A DNA stretch of 64,000 nucleotides from positions 86,767 through 150,766 of the forward strand of contig CAZDGN010000001.1 of assembly GCA_964505265.1 (NCBI GenBank). Reading direction: 5' to 3'. The notes beneath the pieces are model-generated. The model was not told the DNA's origin, did no database searches, and saw only the letters and a list, made by a program, of their open reading frames with translations. Source of the stretch: an uncultured Rickettsia sp. GTDB taxonomy: Bacteria > Pseudomonadota > Alphaproteobacteria > Rickettsiales > UBA1997. Position 1 is the stretch's first letter. Each line of letters starts with the position of its first letter. The position numbers were made by a program, and so were the translations under genes. This document shows, piece by piece, positions 18,114 through 28,294 of the stretch.

Positions 18114-19853
18114 TTAGTGTATATTTAAAATATTAATCTCAAGAGCGGGGCGCTTGCCCATAAAATCTTCAAGAATTTTTAACAGGTTGGAGCGAAGAGC
18201 TTTTTCAATTTCGGCGATAATTTTGGATTCTTTAATTTTTTTCTTTTTTTTCTTTAGAAAATTTAAGCCAAAGCCATCATTTAAATTGAGCTGGCGAGCC
18301 TTATTGCGAACAAAAATCTCGATTTCTTTACGAATAATGTCTTCAGCTTCTGGGTCGCTTTTAAAATCGTAGGCTCCAACTGAATTAATAATAATTCTAG
18401 ATTGAATTTTAAGGTTGTCATTGACGGCAAAACTAATGAATATAATCCCAGCTTCTTGCAATTTTTTTCTTTCACGAATTATATCGCTTTTTAAATCGAG
18501 TAATTGCTTGCCATCAACACCAATATAGCCAGTTTTTACGAAGCCAACTTTGTCGGAAGAAATAATATTATTTTTATCAATTTTGATGGCTAAACCATTT
18601 TCAATTTGAATGGTTTTTTCAACTCCACATTCTTTTGCAAGTTCGCAGTGAGTTTTGGTGTGAATAAACTCGCCATGAACTGGAATTGCAAGTTTTGGGC
18701 GAGCTAGAGCATAAAGCTCGCGCAATTCTTCTTTTGACGGATGTCCTGAAACATGAACAAAATGGTCTTTTTCGGTCATAACGTCAATTTGTTTTTTGGC
18801 AAGCAAATCAAATAATTCGAAGATTTTTTTCTCGTTTCCTGGAATAATTTTTGAAGAAAAAATCATCAAATCGCCTTTGGTAAAATGAATTGTTGGATGG
18901 GTGTTGGAGGCAATTTTACGTGTTCCAGCAAGGGGTTCTCCTTGACAACCAGTTGAGATAATTAAAATTTCTTTTTTGTCGTAAAATTTAATTTCGCGGT
19001 CAGAAATAAATTCAAAATTATCTAATAAATAACCACTTTTTTTGGCAACATCGAGTAATCTGTGAAGTGAAAATCCAACCAATACAACTTTTCTACCAAC
19101 TTCTTTAGCAATTGAGGCAATTGTGTGAATTCTAGCAATATTTGAGGCGAAGGTTGTGACTCCAACATAGCCATTGCGATTGACAATAAGACTTTTAAGT
19201 GAATCGTGTAAATCACCTTCCGATTTTGAGTGTCCTTCATTGATGGCATTGGTGGAGTCGCAAACCACTACATCAATTTCACCCGCATCGCCATATTTTT
19301 TAATTTTTTCAATTTCGCTGATCTCGCCAACCACAGGATTATGGTCAAATTTCCAGTCACCAGTATGCAAAACATTACCTTTTGGAGTTTTGATTAAAAG
19401 TGCCTTCATTTCTGGAACTGAGTGGGTAAGTCCAATAAATTCAATTTCAAATGAGTGAAGTTTTAAAGGCTTAGAAGCATCAATTATGTTGATTGGAACC
19501 AACTTATCAAGTTTGAATTCGGATAATTTGCTTTTTAAAAAATTCGCACCAAATTGAGTGGCAAAAACTGGTACTTCAAGCTCTTTCCATAAATATTGGA
19601 CTGCACCCATATGATCTTCATGAATATGGGTTAAGATAATTGCTAAAAGATTATGTCGATTTTGTTTGATAAAAGTAATATCTGCGGTCATCATATCTAC
19701 ACCAGGAATGTTATAAGCAAAGCCAACTCCGCAATCAATCATAATCCATTTGCCATCCAGGTGATACAAATTAAGGTTCATGCCAATTTCATTGGCTCCA
19801 CCTAAGGGTAAGAAAATCAGGTCTTCACGATGTTTTTTTAAATTTAAATCCAT
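18114..19853 (-). CDS. rnj: Ribonuclease J (metallo-beta-lactamase/beta-CASP)
   Basis: Contains HIHEDHMG, and the domain order is typical of RNase J. Length is 579 aa. Confidence 0.88.
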   Translation of the reverse strand: MDLNLKKHREDLIFLPLGGANEIGMNLNLYHLDGKWIMIDCGVGFAYNIPGVDMMTADITFIKQNRHNLLAIILTHIHEDHMGAVQYLWKELEVPVFATQFGANFLKSKLSEFKLDKLVPINIIDASKPLKLHSFEIEFIGLTHSVPEMKALLIKTPKGNVLHTGDWKFDHNPVVGEISEIEKIKKYGDAGEIDVVVCDSTNAINEGHSKSEGDLHDSLKSLIVNRNGYVGVTTFASNIARIHTIASIAKEVGRKVVLVGFSLHRLLDVAKKSGYLLDNFEFISDREIKFYDKKEILIISTGCQGEPLAGTRKIASNTHPTIHFTKGDLMIFSSKIIPGNEKKIFELFDLLAKKQIDVMTEKDHFVHVSGHPSKEELRELYALARPKLAIPVHGEFIHTKTHCELAKECGVEKTIQIENGLAIKIDKNNIISSDKVGFVKTGYIGVDGKQLLDLKSDIIRERKKLQEAGIIFISFAVNDNLKIQSRIIINSVGAYDFKSDPEAEDIIRKEIEIFVRNKARQLNLNDGFGLNFLKKKKKKIKESKIIAEIEKALRSNLLKILEDFMGKRPALEINILNIH

Positions 19854-19865
19854 TTTATTTTTTTA

Positions 19866-21359
19866 TTAATATTTCAAAAATCTTTCAACCGAATTTTCTA
19901 AGGTATCAAATCTTTGGTTGCCAACTTGCAATACGGCTAAGTTGCGTTGAACTGCTCCATTTGGAAGGAATCTAAAGATGCCGTCAATTCCTGTAAAATC
20001 ATTACTATGTTTTTCGCTAAAATCAATAAAATCCTTAAAGTTAATTCTTAGATTTTTTTTATCTTGAGCAATCATCGCGATAGCAGTTGTAAAATCATAG
20101 GCTAAAGAGGCAATTCTCGGTGGAAATTTGCCAAAGGAACTATAATAATTTTTTATGAAGGATTGGAATTTTTCAGGTTCTGGTGCAGGAAACCAAGCGC
20201 CCAAAAGGTTAATATCCTTAAGGGTGGATGGGTCGTCCCATTGTGAAGAACCGATTAATTGGAACTGTCTTTCCTCTTTATTTAAATTAACAATCGAACT
20301 GGCGATTTTTGATAATATTTTTCCAGATTCAGGAATGAATATAACTTGGGGATAAATGCGGTCATAATCTCCTAGATATGATGTATCGCGGTTTTTTGAT
20401 TTGGTTGGAACACCAAATGAATTTACCACTCTATTTACAGCTCGATCAATATCTAGGTTGGTTGGTTCATAAAATTCGGAGGTAATAAAATTGCCATCTC
20501 TAGCCCTTACAAATTTTTTGAGATAATCGGTTGAAATCTTGCCGTATGAGTTATTTGGAGCTAAAATTGCAAAGTTAAATTTTCCTTTATCCATAGCAAA
20601 ATTTACAATTCTATCGATTTGAGTTTCTGGCAATATTCCACCAACAAACACTCCACCAAATTCGGTGGTTTTGTTAAGTAATTCAAAATTATTTGATAGT
20701 GAAATAACTGTTATATCATTGTCCCTAGCAAGTTTTTCTATGGCAAAGGTGTTATTACTAAAAATTGGTCCAATTACAACTTTAATGTTGCGATCAATAA
20801 TTTCTTTGAAGGTTTTTTGGTTGTCTTGGATTGATTCTTTGGAGTCAAATAATATGAGTTCAATTTTGTTATTTAAGTCATTTTCGAATAATGCTAAGGT
20901 CGAAGCATTAAAAATACTCCAACCTAAATCCTTATATTTGCCAGAAAATGGTAAAAATAGGGCGACAGGAATTTTGCGGTGATATTGTTTTGGAATTTGC
21001 AAATCAGAAATTTCTAGATTTCTTGAGGTGCTTGGTCTTAAAAGAAGGGCTTCTTGTTCAGTTAAATTAGGGTTTTGCTCTGGAGCGACCCCCAAAGGGT
21101 TTTGGTTTTGAAAATTGTTAAAATTTTGATTTGGATTTGAAAAATTTATATCTGTTTGATTTTTTTCTTCTTGAAATTTTTGTTTGTTAATATTTTTTTT
21201 AGAATTAATATTATTTTCTTTGGTGATAATTTTATCGGAAACAATGCTATCGGTTGCATATTCTTGATCATTTTCATCAAAGTTTTGTCTAAATTTTAAA
21301 TCATGCATATTGCAAGAGCTTAAAAATCCAAACAAAATAATAAAAAATATATTTTTCAT
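19866..21359 (-). CDS. LpoA-like lipoprotein (penicillin-binding-protein activator / type 1 periplasmic-binding fold)
   Basis: Has a lipobox (FGFLSSC) and an N/Q-rich linker, then a PBP1-type domain (IPVALFLPFSGKY…). It sits divergent to rsmI-yraN, as lpoA does in E. coli. Confidence 0.65.
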   Translation of the reverse strand: MKNIFFIILFGFLSSCNMHDLKFRQNFDENDQEYATDSIVSDKIITKENNINSKKNINKQKFQEEKNQTDINFSNPNQNFNNFQNQNPLGVAPEQNPNLTEQEALLLRPSTSRNLEISDLQIPKQYHRKIPVALFLPFSGKYKDLGWSIFNASTLALFENDLNNKIELILFDSKESIQDNQKTFKEIIDRNIKVVIGPIFSNNTFAIEKLARDNDITVISLSNNFELLNKTTEFGGVFVGGILPETQIDRIVNFAMDKGKFNFAILAPNNSYGKISTDYLKKFVRARDGNFITSEFYEPTNLDIDRAVNRVVNSFGVPTKSKNRDTSYLGDYDRIYPQVIFIPESGKILSKIASSIVNLNKEERQFQLIGSSQWDDPSTLKDINLLGAWFPAPEPEKFQSFIKNYYSSFGKFPPRIASLAYDFTTAIAMIAQDKKNLRINFKDFIDFSEKHSNDFTGIDGIFRFLPNGAVQRNLAVLQVGNQRFDTLENSVERFLKY

Positions 21360-21373
21360 AAATATTTAGTTAA

Positions 21374-22246
21374 ATGATAAATCAAATTTCTAATATAAAA
21401 TTTCCTCAAATTGAAAATGCGCTTTATGTAGTTGCTACACCAATTGGTAACCTTTCAGATATTACCTTGAGGGCATTAAATATTTTATCTTCAGTAGATT
21501 ATATTGTCTGCGAAGATACAAGAATTTCAGGAATTTTACTACATAAATTTGAAATAATAAAGAAGAAATTGATAATATACAATGATTTTAGTGATAATTT
21601 ATGTAGAAATAAAATTCTTACTATGTTGCTTGAAAAAAACTCATTGGCTTTAATTTCTGATGCTGGCACCCCATTAATTTCAGATCCAGGCTATAAATTA
21701 ATTAAATATTTGCGAGCAAATAATCAAAAAATTATTTCGGTTCCAGGGGCATCTTCATTGACGGCGTCAATTTCAATTAGCGGTATTGCATGTGATAATT
21801 TTTTATTTTTAGGCTTCCTTGCTAGCACTAAAAACGAAAAAACCCATCAACTAAAATCGCTTTCACACAATTATAGTTTTGTATTTTTTGAGGCCTCAAA
21901 TCGTTTAATAGAAACTCTTCAAATTATCAATGAAATTATGCCTCAAAGATTAATTTGTATCGCCAAAGAATTAACCAAAATATATGAAGAAATATTTTTT
22001 GGCAATGCTATGGAGCTCTTGCAAATTTTTGATGAAAATCCTGATAAAACTAAAGGAGAATTTGTGGTTATCGTAGAAAAAATTTCTAAAGAACAAATTA
22101 AATTCGAAGAAAAAGAGGTTATTAAACTTGTAAAAATTTTGCATAAAAATGGAAAATCAATTAAAGACATCTCCATGGAAATCGCTGAAATTTATGGGGT
22201 AAATAAAAAGGAGATATATAAATTAGCACTCGAAAATATAAATTAG
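21374..22246 (+). CDS. rsmI: 16S rRNA (cytidine1402-2'-O)-methyltransferase
   Basis: Contains LYVVATPIGNLSDITLRAL…CEDTR and ISDAGTPLISDPG. Confidence 0.9.
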   Translation: MINQISNIKFPQIENALYVVATPIGNLSDITLRALNILSSVDYIVCEDTRISGILLHKFEIIKKKLIIYNDFSDNLCRNKILTMLLEKNSLALISDAGTPLISDPGYKLIKYLRANNQKIISVPGASSLTASISISGIACDNFLFLGFLASTKNEKTHQLKSLSHNYSFVFFEASNRLIETLQIINEIMPQRLICIAKELTKIYEEIFFGNAMELLQIFDENPDKTKGEFVVIVEKISKEQIKFEEKEVIKLVKILHKNGKSIKDISMEIAEIYGVNKKEIYKLALENIN

Positions 22247-22248
22247 AT

Positions 22249-22620
22249 ATGCCTAATCAAAAAAAAATTCAACAATATAAAATGGGTTTATGGGCGGAAT
22301 ATTTTGTAATGATTTTATTTTGGTTAAGGGGTCACAATATCATAAAACATCGCTATAAATCAAGATTTGGAGAAATTGATATTATTACCAAAAAACATTA
22401 TGAAATTTACTTTTTAGAAATAAAAACCAGAAATTCTAAAAAAAATTATGAAGAAATTATTTCCGATGCTCAAATTGCAAGAATTATAAAAAGTGGTGAA
22501 TATTTTTTGCAAAACAACCAAAGATTTAAAAATTGCAAAATCAATTATTTTTTACTGCTATTAACACCTACAATTTTTCCGTTTTTTAAAATTAATTATT
22601 TCAAAAATATCAATTCTTGA
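22249..22620 (+). CDS. yraN: YraN-family (UPF0102) endonuclease-like protein
   Basis: Contains GLWAEYFVMILFWLRGHNIIKHRYKSRFGEIDII and follows rsmI. Confidence 0.8.
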   Translation: MPNQKKIQQYKMGLWAEYFVMILFWLRGHNIIKHRYKSRFGEIDIITKKHYEIYFLEIKTRNSKKNYEEIISDAQIARIIKSGEYFLQNNQRFKNCKINYFLLLLTPTIFPFFKINYFKNINS

Positions 22621-22692
22621 AATTAATAATTGTAAAAATTATAATTATAAAAATTATTTAACTTAACTAATATTAACAACTTTAATTTTATC

Positions 22693-23244
22693 GTGAAACC
22701 ATCAAACAACAACAATAATAATAGCAATATTCAAAATAGTAATAATATATTTAGAATTAATGAACAAATTAAAGCAAAAGAAGTAAGAGTGATTGATTCT
22801 CGGGGTCAAATGATAGGTATAATGACTACCCTTGAGGGGATTAAAAAAGCCCAAGAACAGGATTTAGATTTAATTGAAGTCTCCCCTAATGCAATCCCGC
22901 CAGTTTGCAAAATTTCAAATTTTGGCAAGATGAAATATGAAATTCAAAAGAAAGCAGCAGATGCCAAGAAAAAACAAAAGGTTGTTGAGGTAAAAGAGAT
23001 AAAAATGACAATAAATATTGGTAAGGGTGATTTTGATACTAAAATTCGTCATACCAAAGAATTTATCGATAAAGGCAATAAAGTCAAAATAAGTATTAAA
23101 ATGAAGGGTCGTGAAATTACCCACCGAGATTTGGCTGAAAAAATGATGTCAGAAATTATGGAAATTACCTCAAGTTTTGCTAAGGCTGAACTCGAACCAA
23201 GGCTTGAAGGAATGCAAATGGTTGCGATATTAATCAAAAAATAA
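22693..23244 (+). CDS. infC: Translation initiation factor IF-3
   Basis: Contains RINEQIKAKEVRVID and KEIKM. There is no in-frame ATG upstream of the conserved N-domain, and the track start is GTG. Confidence 0.9.
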   Translation: MKPSNNNNNNSNIQNSNNIFRINEQIKAKEVRVIDSRGQMIGIMTTLEGIKKAQEQDLDLIEVSPNAIPPVCKISNFGKMKYEIQKKAADAKKKQKVVEVKEIKMTINIGKGDFDTKIRHTKEFIDKGNKVKISIKMKGREITHRDLAEKMMSEIMEITSSFAKAELEPRLEGMQMVAILIKK

Positions 23245-23248
23245 ATTT

Positions 23249-26200
23249 ATGCAAAATTTAATCAAACAAGTTTTAGAATTCTCCAAAAAAACTAAAATTA
23301 AGGAATTAAATCTCGACAAATTTTCAAATTTTATTCAAGAATTTTATATTGAAAATAAATTGGTCGATTTTGAAAATTATAATACCGAATCTTTATACTA
23401 TTATTCTTTATCTGCATATAAATTTTTAAATCAAAAAAAATCCAATAATTTTAATATTAGAATATACAATCCAAGTAAAGCCAATGATGGTTTTGAAAGT
23501 CCGTATACTATAATAGAAATTGTCAATAAAGACATGCCATTTTTAGTAGACTCTTCGGTTAATTTTTTGGATAAGCAAAGTATTAAAATTAACAACATAA
23601 TTCACCCCGTTTTTAAGGTTAAAAGAAGTAGCGAAGGAGACTTTCTTGAAGTTTGTAACTCTGGTACAGATGAGTCTTTAATCCAATTGCATTTAGATAA
23701 AATTACCAATGAATCAGAAATTAATTTGCTAAAAGAAAATCTTAGTAAAATTCTTGATACAATTGCTTTGGTGGTTAATGATTTTGAAGTAATGAAGGAA
23801 TATGTCAAAAAAGCCAGTTCTCAGATTGCAAATGCAAAAAAAATATGTAATGAAGAAGAAATTTTACAATATCAAGAGTTTTTGAATTGGGTTTTGGCTG
23901 GAAATTTTATTTTGCTTGGATGTAAAGAGTTTGATATTAAAAAAAACGACAACAGCTATGAGTTATTTGAGGTCGCCAACACTTCATTTGGGGTTTTTAA
24001 ATCTAAATATCCAGATTTTCTTCCTGAAGTTGTAAATGCTTCACCTCAAGAAGTTGGCGATTCAATTAATTTGCCATTTGTAATTGAGGTTATCAAATCA
24101 AGATATCGCTCGAAAATTCATCGCTCAACCAATGCTGAGAGAATTCGTGTTCAAAAATTTTCTGCTGATGGAAAGGTGATGGGAGAGTTTCGTTTTATTG
24201 GTTTATTTACTTCAAATGTTTATTATTCGAGTGTGTTTTCAATTCCACTTTTGAAAAATAAGATTAACCATGTTATTGAAAAATCTGAATATGTTAAAGG
24301 AAGTCATAATTACAAGGATTTAATTTCTATACTTGAATCTTATCCTCGCGATGAATTATTTCAGATTAGCGAAGATGATTTGCTAAAAAATTCAACAGGA
24401 ATAGTTTCCATTGCTGGTCGTTCAATTGTTAAATTTTTTGCCCGCAAAGATAAATTTAATCGCTTTGTAAGTTGTTTAATTTATACACCAAGAGACCGCA
24501 CTAATTCCGATATTAGAGAAAAAATTAAAAGTTATTTATGCGAAGTTTTTAATGGTGAAGTCGCAGATTCATTCCTGCAAATCACCGAATCAAATCTTAT
24601 TCGATTTCACCTTATAGTTCGAACTAATAAAGGCGTTCCAAATTATGATGAATCTCATATTGAGCAAGAGATTGTAAGAATTACTAAAATTTGGAGCGAT
24701 GAATTGGTGGAAGAATTGAAAAATAAATTTGAAAACGAGCAAAGAATAATTCTATATCCAAAATATAAAAATTCTTTTTCGGTTAGTTATATCGATAGAT
24801 TTGATGCTAAAACCGCTTGCGATGATATTGAATTTATTGAGCAATCATTTGCTTCAAATTCGGCAATTTTTAAATTAAAACAAAATATCGATAATTGTGA
24901 AAAAGAAATTACCGAATTAAAAATTTATTCTCCGCATCAAGAAATTATTCTATCATCAATTATGCCAGTGCTTGATAGCTTTGGATTAAATGTTATCAAG
25001 GAGCATACTTATCTAATAAATGTCGAAGAAGATGCCAAAAATCGTTCAATAAAAAAAGCATGGATTCATTATTTTAAGGTTGAGATTTCCAAAAATAGTG
25101 ATGTAAAATTTTCAACCCAATTAAAACAAAATTTTGAAAATGCAATTGATGCTTTATGGCATCAAAAAACTAAAATAGGTGCATTAAATAAATTAATTAT
25201 TTTATGCAATTTTTCTTGGAAGCAAGTATTCATACTTAGAGCTCTTTCAAAATATTTATATCAAGCTGGGTTTAAAATCAATCAAAGTAATGTAGCAGAG
25301 TGTTTTGCTCGCAACAGTCAAATTTGCAAAAAATTGATTGAATTATTTGAGTTAAAATTCAATCCAAATTTAAATATTGAACATAAAGATAGGCTTATAA
25401 AACTTGATGATTTAATCAAAAATATAAATGATGATTTGATAATTATTAAAGATGTTAACGATGATGCTATAATTAAAAGATTTTTATCAGTAATCATTGC
25501 ATGTCTTCGCACTAATTTTTATCAAACCGATATTAATGGCGAATTCAAAGGTTATGTGTCCTTTAAATTTGATTGCAAGAAAATTCCAAACCTACCATTA
25601 CCTCTTCCTTATGCCGAAATTTTTGTTTATTCGCCAAGAGTAGAGGCGGTGCATTTAAGGGGTGGAAAAGTTGCTAGGGGAGGTTTGCGTTGGTCTGATC
25701 GTCACGAAGATTTTCGCACTGAAGTTTTGGGTTTGATGAAGGCTCAAATGACTAAAAATGCAGTAATTGTTCCGGTTGGGTCAAAAGGTGGCTTTGTGGT
25801 TAAGTCTGATACTTCAAAAATGTCGCGTGATGAGTATCAAAAAGAAGGGATTGAGTGTTATAAAACTTTCTTGCGTGGTTTATTAGATATTACCGATAAT
25901 GTAATTGATAACAAAATTATTCATCCACAAAATGTAATAATGCATGATGAGTCCGACCCATATCTAGTTGTTGCCGCCGATAAGGGAACGGCAACATTTT
26001 CCGATATAGCCAATTCGGTTTCAATTGAATATAATTTTTGGCTTGGCGATGCTTTTGCCTCGGGCGGTTCTGCTGGCTATGATCATAAAAAAATGGGAAT
26101 TACTGCCAAAGGGGCTTGGATTTCAGTAATGAGGCATTTTAGAGAATTTGGAGTAGATATTCAAAACCAAGATTTCACCGTAATGGGAATTGGCGATTTA

Positions 26201-28072
26201 TCGGGGGATGTGTTTGGTAATGGAATGTTGCTTTCTAAGCATATCAAATTGCTGGGCGCCTTTAACCATCTTCATATATTTTTAGACCCAAATCCAAATC
26301 CTCAAGAGTCATTTAAGGAAAGAGAAAGAATGTTTAATTTACCACGCTCTACTTGGATGGATTATGATAAATCAAAAATTTCTAAGGGTGGTGGAGTTTT
26401 TGAAAGATCGGCAAAATCAATTAAATTAACTCCTGAAATAAAAGAAATGCTAAAAATCTCTGATGATGAATTAGCTCCAATTGATTTGATGAAAATTATG
26501 CTTAAAGCTCCAGTTGATTTGCTTTGGAATGGTGGCATCGGAACTTATGTCAAATCAAGCGAGGAAACTCATCAAGATGTTGGTGATAAAGCAAATGATT
26601 TGCTTAGAATTAATGGTAATGAGCTAAATTGCAAAGTGGTTGGAGAAGGCGGAAATCTTGGATTTACGCAAAAAGGAAGAATCGAATTTGCCAAAAAAGG
26701 TGGTCGAATCAATACCGACGCTATGGATAATTCTGCTGGCGTTGATTGTTCTGATCATGAAGTAAATATTAAAATCGCTTTAATTTCTGCTTTAAAAAGC
26801 AAAAAAATTAATTTAGAAGAGCGAAATAAAATGCTTGAAGCGATGACTGACAATGTTTCACATTTGGTGTTACTAGACAACAAATTGCAAACCCAAGCTA
26901 TTTCTATTGCTCAAAGCCTTCCAAGTTCAGCACTTAGCGAACAGTCGCAATTTTTGGATAGTCTAGAATCTTCTGGATTACTTAATAGAGCAATTGAGTT
27001 TTTACCAAATCGCAAAGAAATTGAAAGATTGCAAATTGAGCAAAAAACTCTAACTCGCCCCGAGTTATGTGTTATGCTAGCTTATTCTAAAATGGATATT
27101 TATAATAAAATATTAAATTCTGATTTGGTAAAGGATAAATATTTTGAAAAGGATTTATTGGCATATTTTCCAAAATTAATGCAAGAAAAATTGCCAAGTG
27201 AAATTATAAATCATCAATTAAGAAATGAAATTATTGCCACTCAAATTACTAATTTTGTGGTCAATAGAATTGGTATCACCTTTATCAACCAAATCTGTCA
27301 GGATAGTGGTTTTTCTTTGGTTGATGTAGTTAAAAACTTTATTATCGCTACTGATTCCTTTGGTGTTGGCGAGATTTGGCAAGAAATTGAAGATCTTGAT
27401 GGAAAAATTCCGTTAAATACTCAAACTCAAATGTTTGTTAGTGCAAATAAATTGATAGAAAGGTCAGTTTTATGGCTTTTGCGCAATCAAGTGAAAGGCT
27501 CAATTAGCGAAATTGTTGCCAGATTCGATAAAATTGCTGACGAACTTTTTGGAATTTTATCTTCGGTTATGGCACAAGCTTCTAGAGAATCATTTGAAAG
27601 AAAAATTGAAAGATATTGTATTAGCAATATCGACCGCAAACTCGCTGAAAAGGTTGCTTCGCTTGACCCAGTTGCCTCGGCTTTTGATATTGCAGAAATT
27701 GCAATTTCTACCAAACTTGAAATAAAAAAAATTGCTGAAATTTATTTTGCAGTCGGCACTAGATATTCTCTAAAGTGGCTTAGAAGCAGGCTAAACAAAA
27801 TCAATTTAAGCAATAGATGGCAAAAATTATCAAGCAAAACCGTGCTTGAAGATTTATATTCATATCAAATGAAATTATCTAAGGATATTGCAATTTTTAG
27901 CACCAATGAAAATTTTAGAAATGTCAATGAATTAATTTCTAGTTATTGCAAAAAATCTTCTTTCTTAACCGAGAGATTTGATAATTTTATTGCCGAACTT
28001 AAAAACGAACCCAACCCTGATTTATCTATGTTTATTGTAGCATTGAACCGCATAAAACCTTTAATAAATTAG
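23249..28072 (+). CDS. gdhZ: Large (about 180 kDa class) NAD-specific glutamate dehydrogenase
   Basis: 1607 aa. The catalytic region reads RGGLRWSDRHEDFRTEVLGLMKAQMTKNAVIVPVGSKGGF. Confidence 0.93.
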   Translation: MQNLIKQVLEFSKKTKIKELNLDKFSNFIQEFYIENKLVDFENYNTESLYYYSLSAYKFLNQKKSNNFNIRIYNPSKANDGFESPYTIIEIVNKDMPFLVDSSVNFLDKQSIKINNIIHPVFKVKRSSEGDFLEVCNSGTDESLIQLHLDKITNESEINLLKENLSKILDTIALVVNDFEVMKEYVKKASSQIANAKKICNEEEILQYQEFLNWVLAGNFILLGCKEFDIKKNDNSYELFEVANTSFGVFKSKYPDFLPEVVNASPQEVGDSINLPFVIEVIKSRYRSKIHRSTNAERIRVQKFSADGKVMGEFRFIGLFTSNVYYSSVFSIPLLKNKINHVIEKSEYVKGSHNYKDLISILESYPRDELFQISEDDLLKNSTGIVSIAGRSIVKFFARKDKFNRFVSCLIYTPRDRTNSDIREKIKSYLCEVFNGEVADSFLQITESNLIRFHLIVRTNKGVPNYDESHIEQEIVRITKIWSDELVEELKNKFENEQRIILYPKYKNSFSVSYIDRFDAKTACDDIEFIEQSFASNSAIFKLKQNIDNCEKEITELKIYSPHQEIILSSIMPVLDSFGLNVIKEHTYLINVEEDAKNRSIKKAWIHYFKVEISKNSDVKFSTQLKQNFENAIDALWHQKTKIGALNKLIILCNFSWKQVFILRALSKYLYQAGFKINQSNVAECFARNSQICKKLIELFELKFNPNLNIEHKDRLIKLDDLIKNINDDLIIIKDVNDDAIIKRFLSVIIACLRTNFYQTDINGEFKGYVSFKFDCKKIPNLPLPLPYAEIFVYSPRVEAVHLRGGKVARGGLRWSDRHEDFRTEVLGLMKAQMTKNAVIVPVGSKGGFVVKSDTSKMSRDEYQKEGIECYKTFLRGLLDITDNVIDNKIIHPQNVIMHDESDPYLVVAADKGTATFSDIANSVSIEYNFWLGDAFASGGSAGYDHKKMGITAKGAWISVMRHFREFGVDIQNQDFTVMGIGDLSGDVFGNGMLLSKHIKLLGAFNHLHIFLDPNPNPQESFKERERMFNLPRSTWMDYDKSKISKGGGVFERSAKSIKLTPEIKEMLKISDDELAPIDLMKIMLKAPVDLLWNGGIGTYVKSSEETHQDVGDKANDLLRINGNELNCKVVGEGGNLGFTQKGRIEFAKKGGRINTDAMDNSAGVDCSDHEVNIKIALISALKSKKINLEERNKMLEAMTDNVSHLVLLDNKLQTQAISIAQSLPSSALSEQSQFLDSLESSGLLNRAIEFLPNRKEIERLQIEQKTLTRPELCVMLAYSKMDIYNKILNSDLVKDKYFEKDLLAYFPKLMQEKLPSEIINHQLRNEIIATQITNFVVNRIGITFINQICQDSGFSLVDVVKNFIIATDSFGVGEIWQEIEDLDGKIPLNTQTQMFVSANKLIERSVLWLLRNQVKGSISEIVARFDKIADELFGILSSVMAQASRESFERKIERYCISNIDRKLAEKVASLDPVASAFDIAEIAISTKLEIKKIAEIYFAVGTRYSLKWLRSRLNKINLSNRWQKLSSKTVLEDLYSYQMKLSKDIAIFSTNENFRNVNELISSYCKKSSFLTERFDNFIAELKNEPNPDLSMFIVALNRIKPLIN

Positions 28073-28191
28073 TTTATTTTTGTTTTAAAAAATTATATTT
28101 TGCTTAATAAAATTTTAAAAAATACCGTTTGCATTAAAATTATTTTATCAATAAATTGATTTAATAATTTTGAATATTCAAAAATTAAATT

Positions 28192-28278
28192 GCGTTCGTG
28201 GCGGAATTGGTATACGCGTAACGTTGAGGTCGTTATGGGGTAACACCCGTGGAAGTTCAAGTCTTCTCGAACGCACCA
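28192..28278 (+). tRNA. tRNA-Leu(GAG), type II with long variable arm and encoded CCA
   Basis: Hand fold. Acceptor stem is GCGTTCG/CGAACGC. D arm is GCGG…(A)CGC. Anticodon stem is TAACG/CGTTA with loop TTGAGGT, giving anticodon GAG. Variable arm is GGGGTAACACCC. T arm is GGAAG-TTCAAGT-CTTCT. Discriminator is A, followed by CCA. Confidence 0.9.
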
Positions 28279-28294
28279 ATTTAAATAAATAAAT

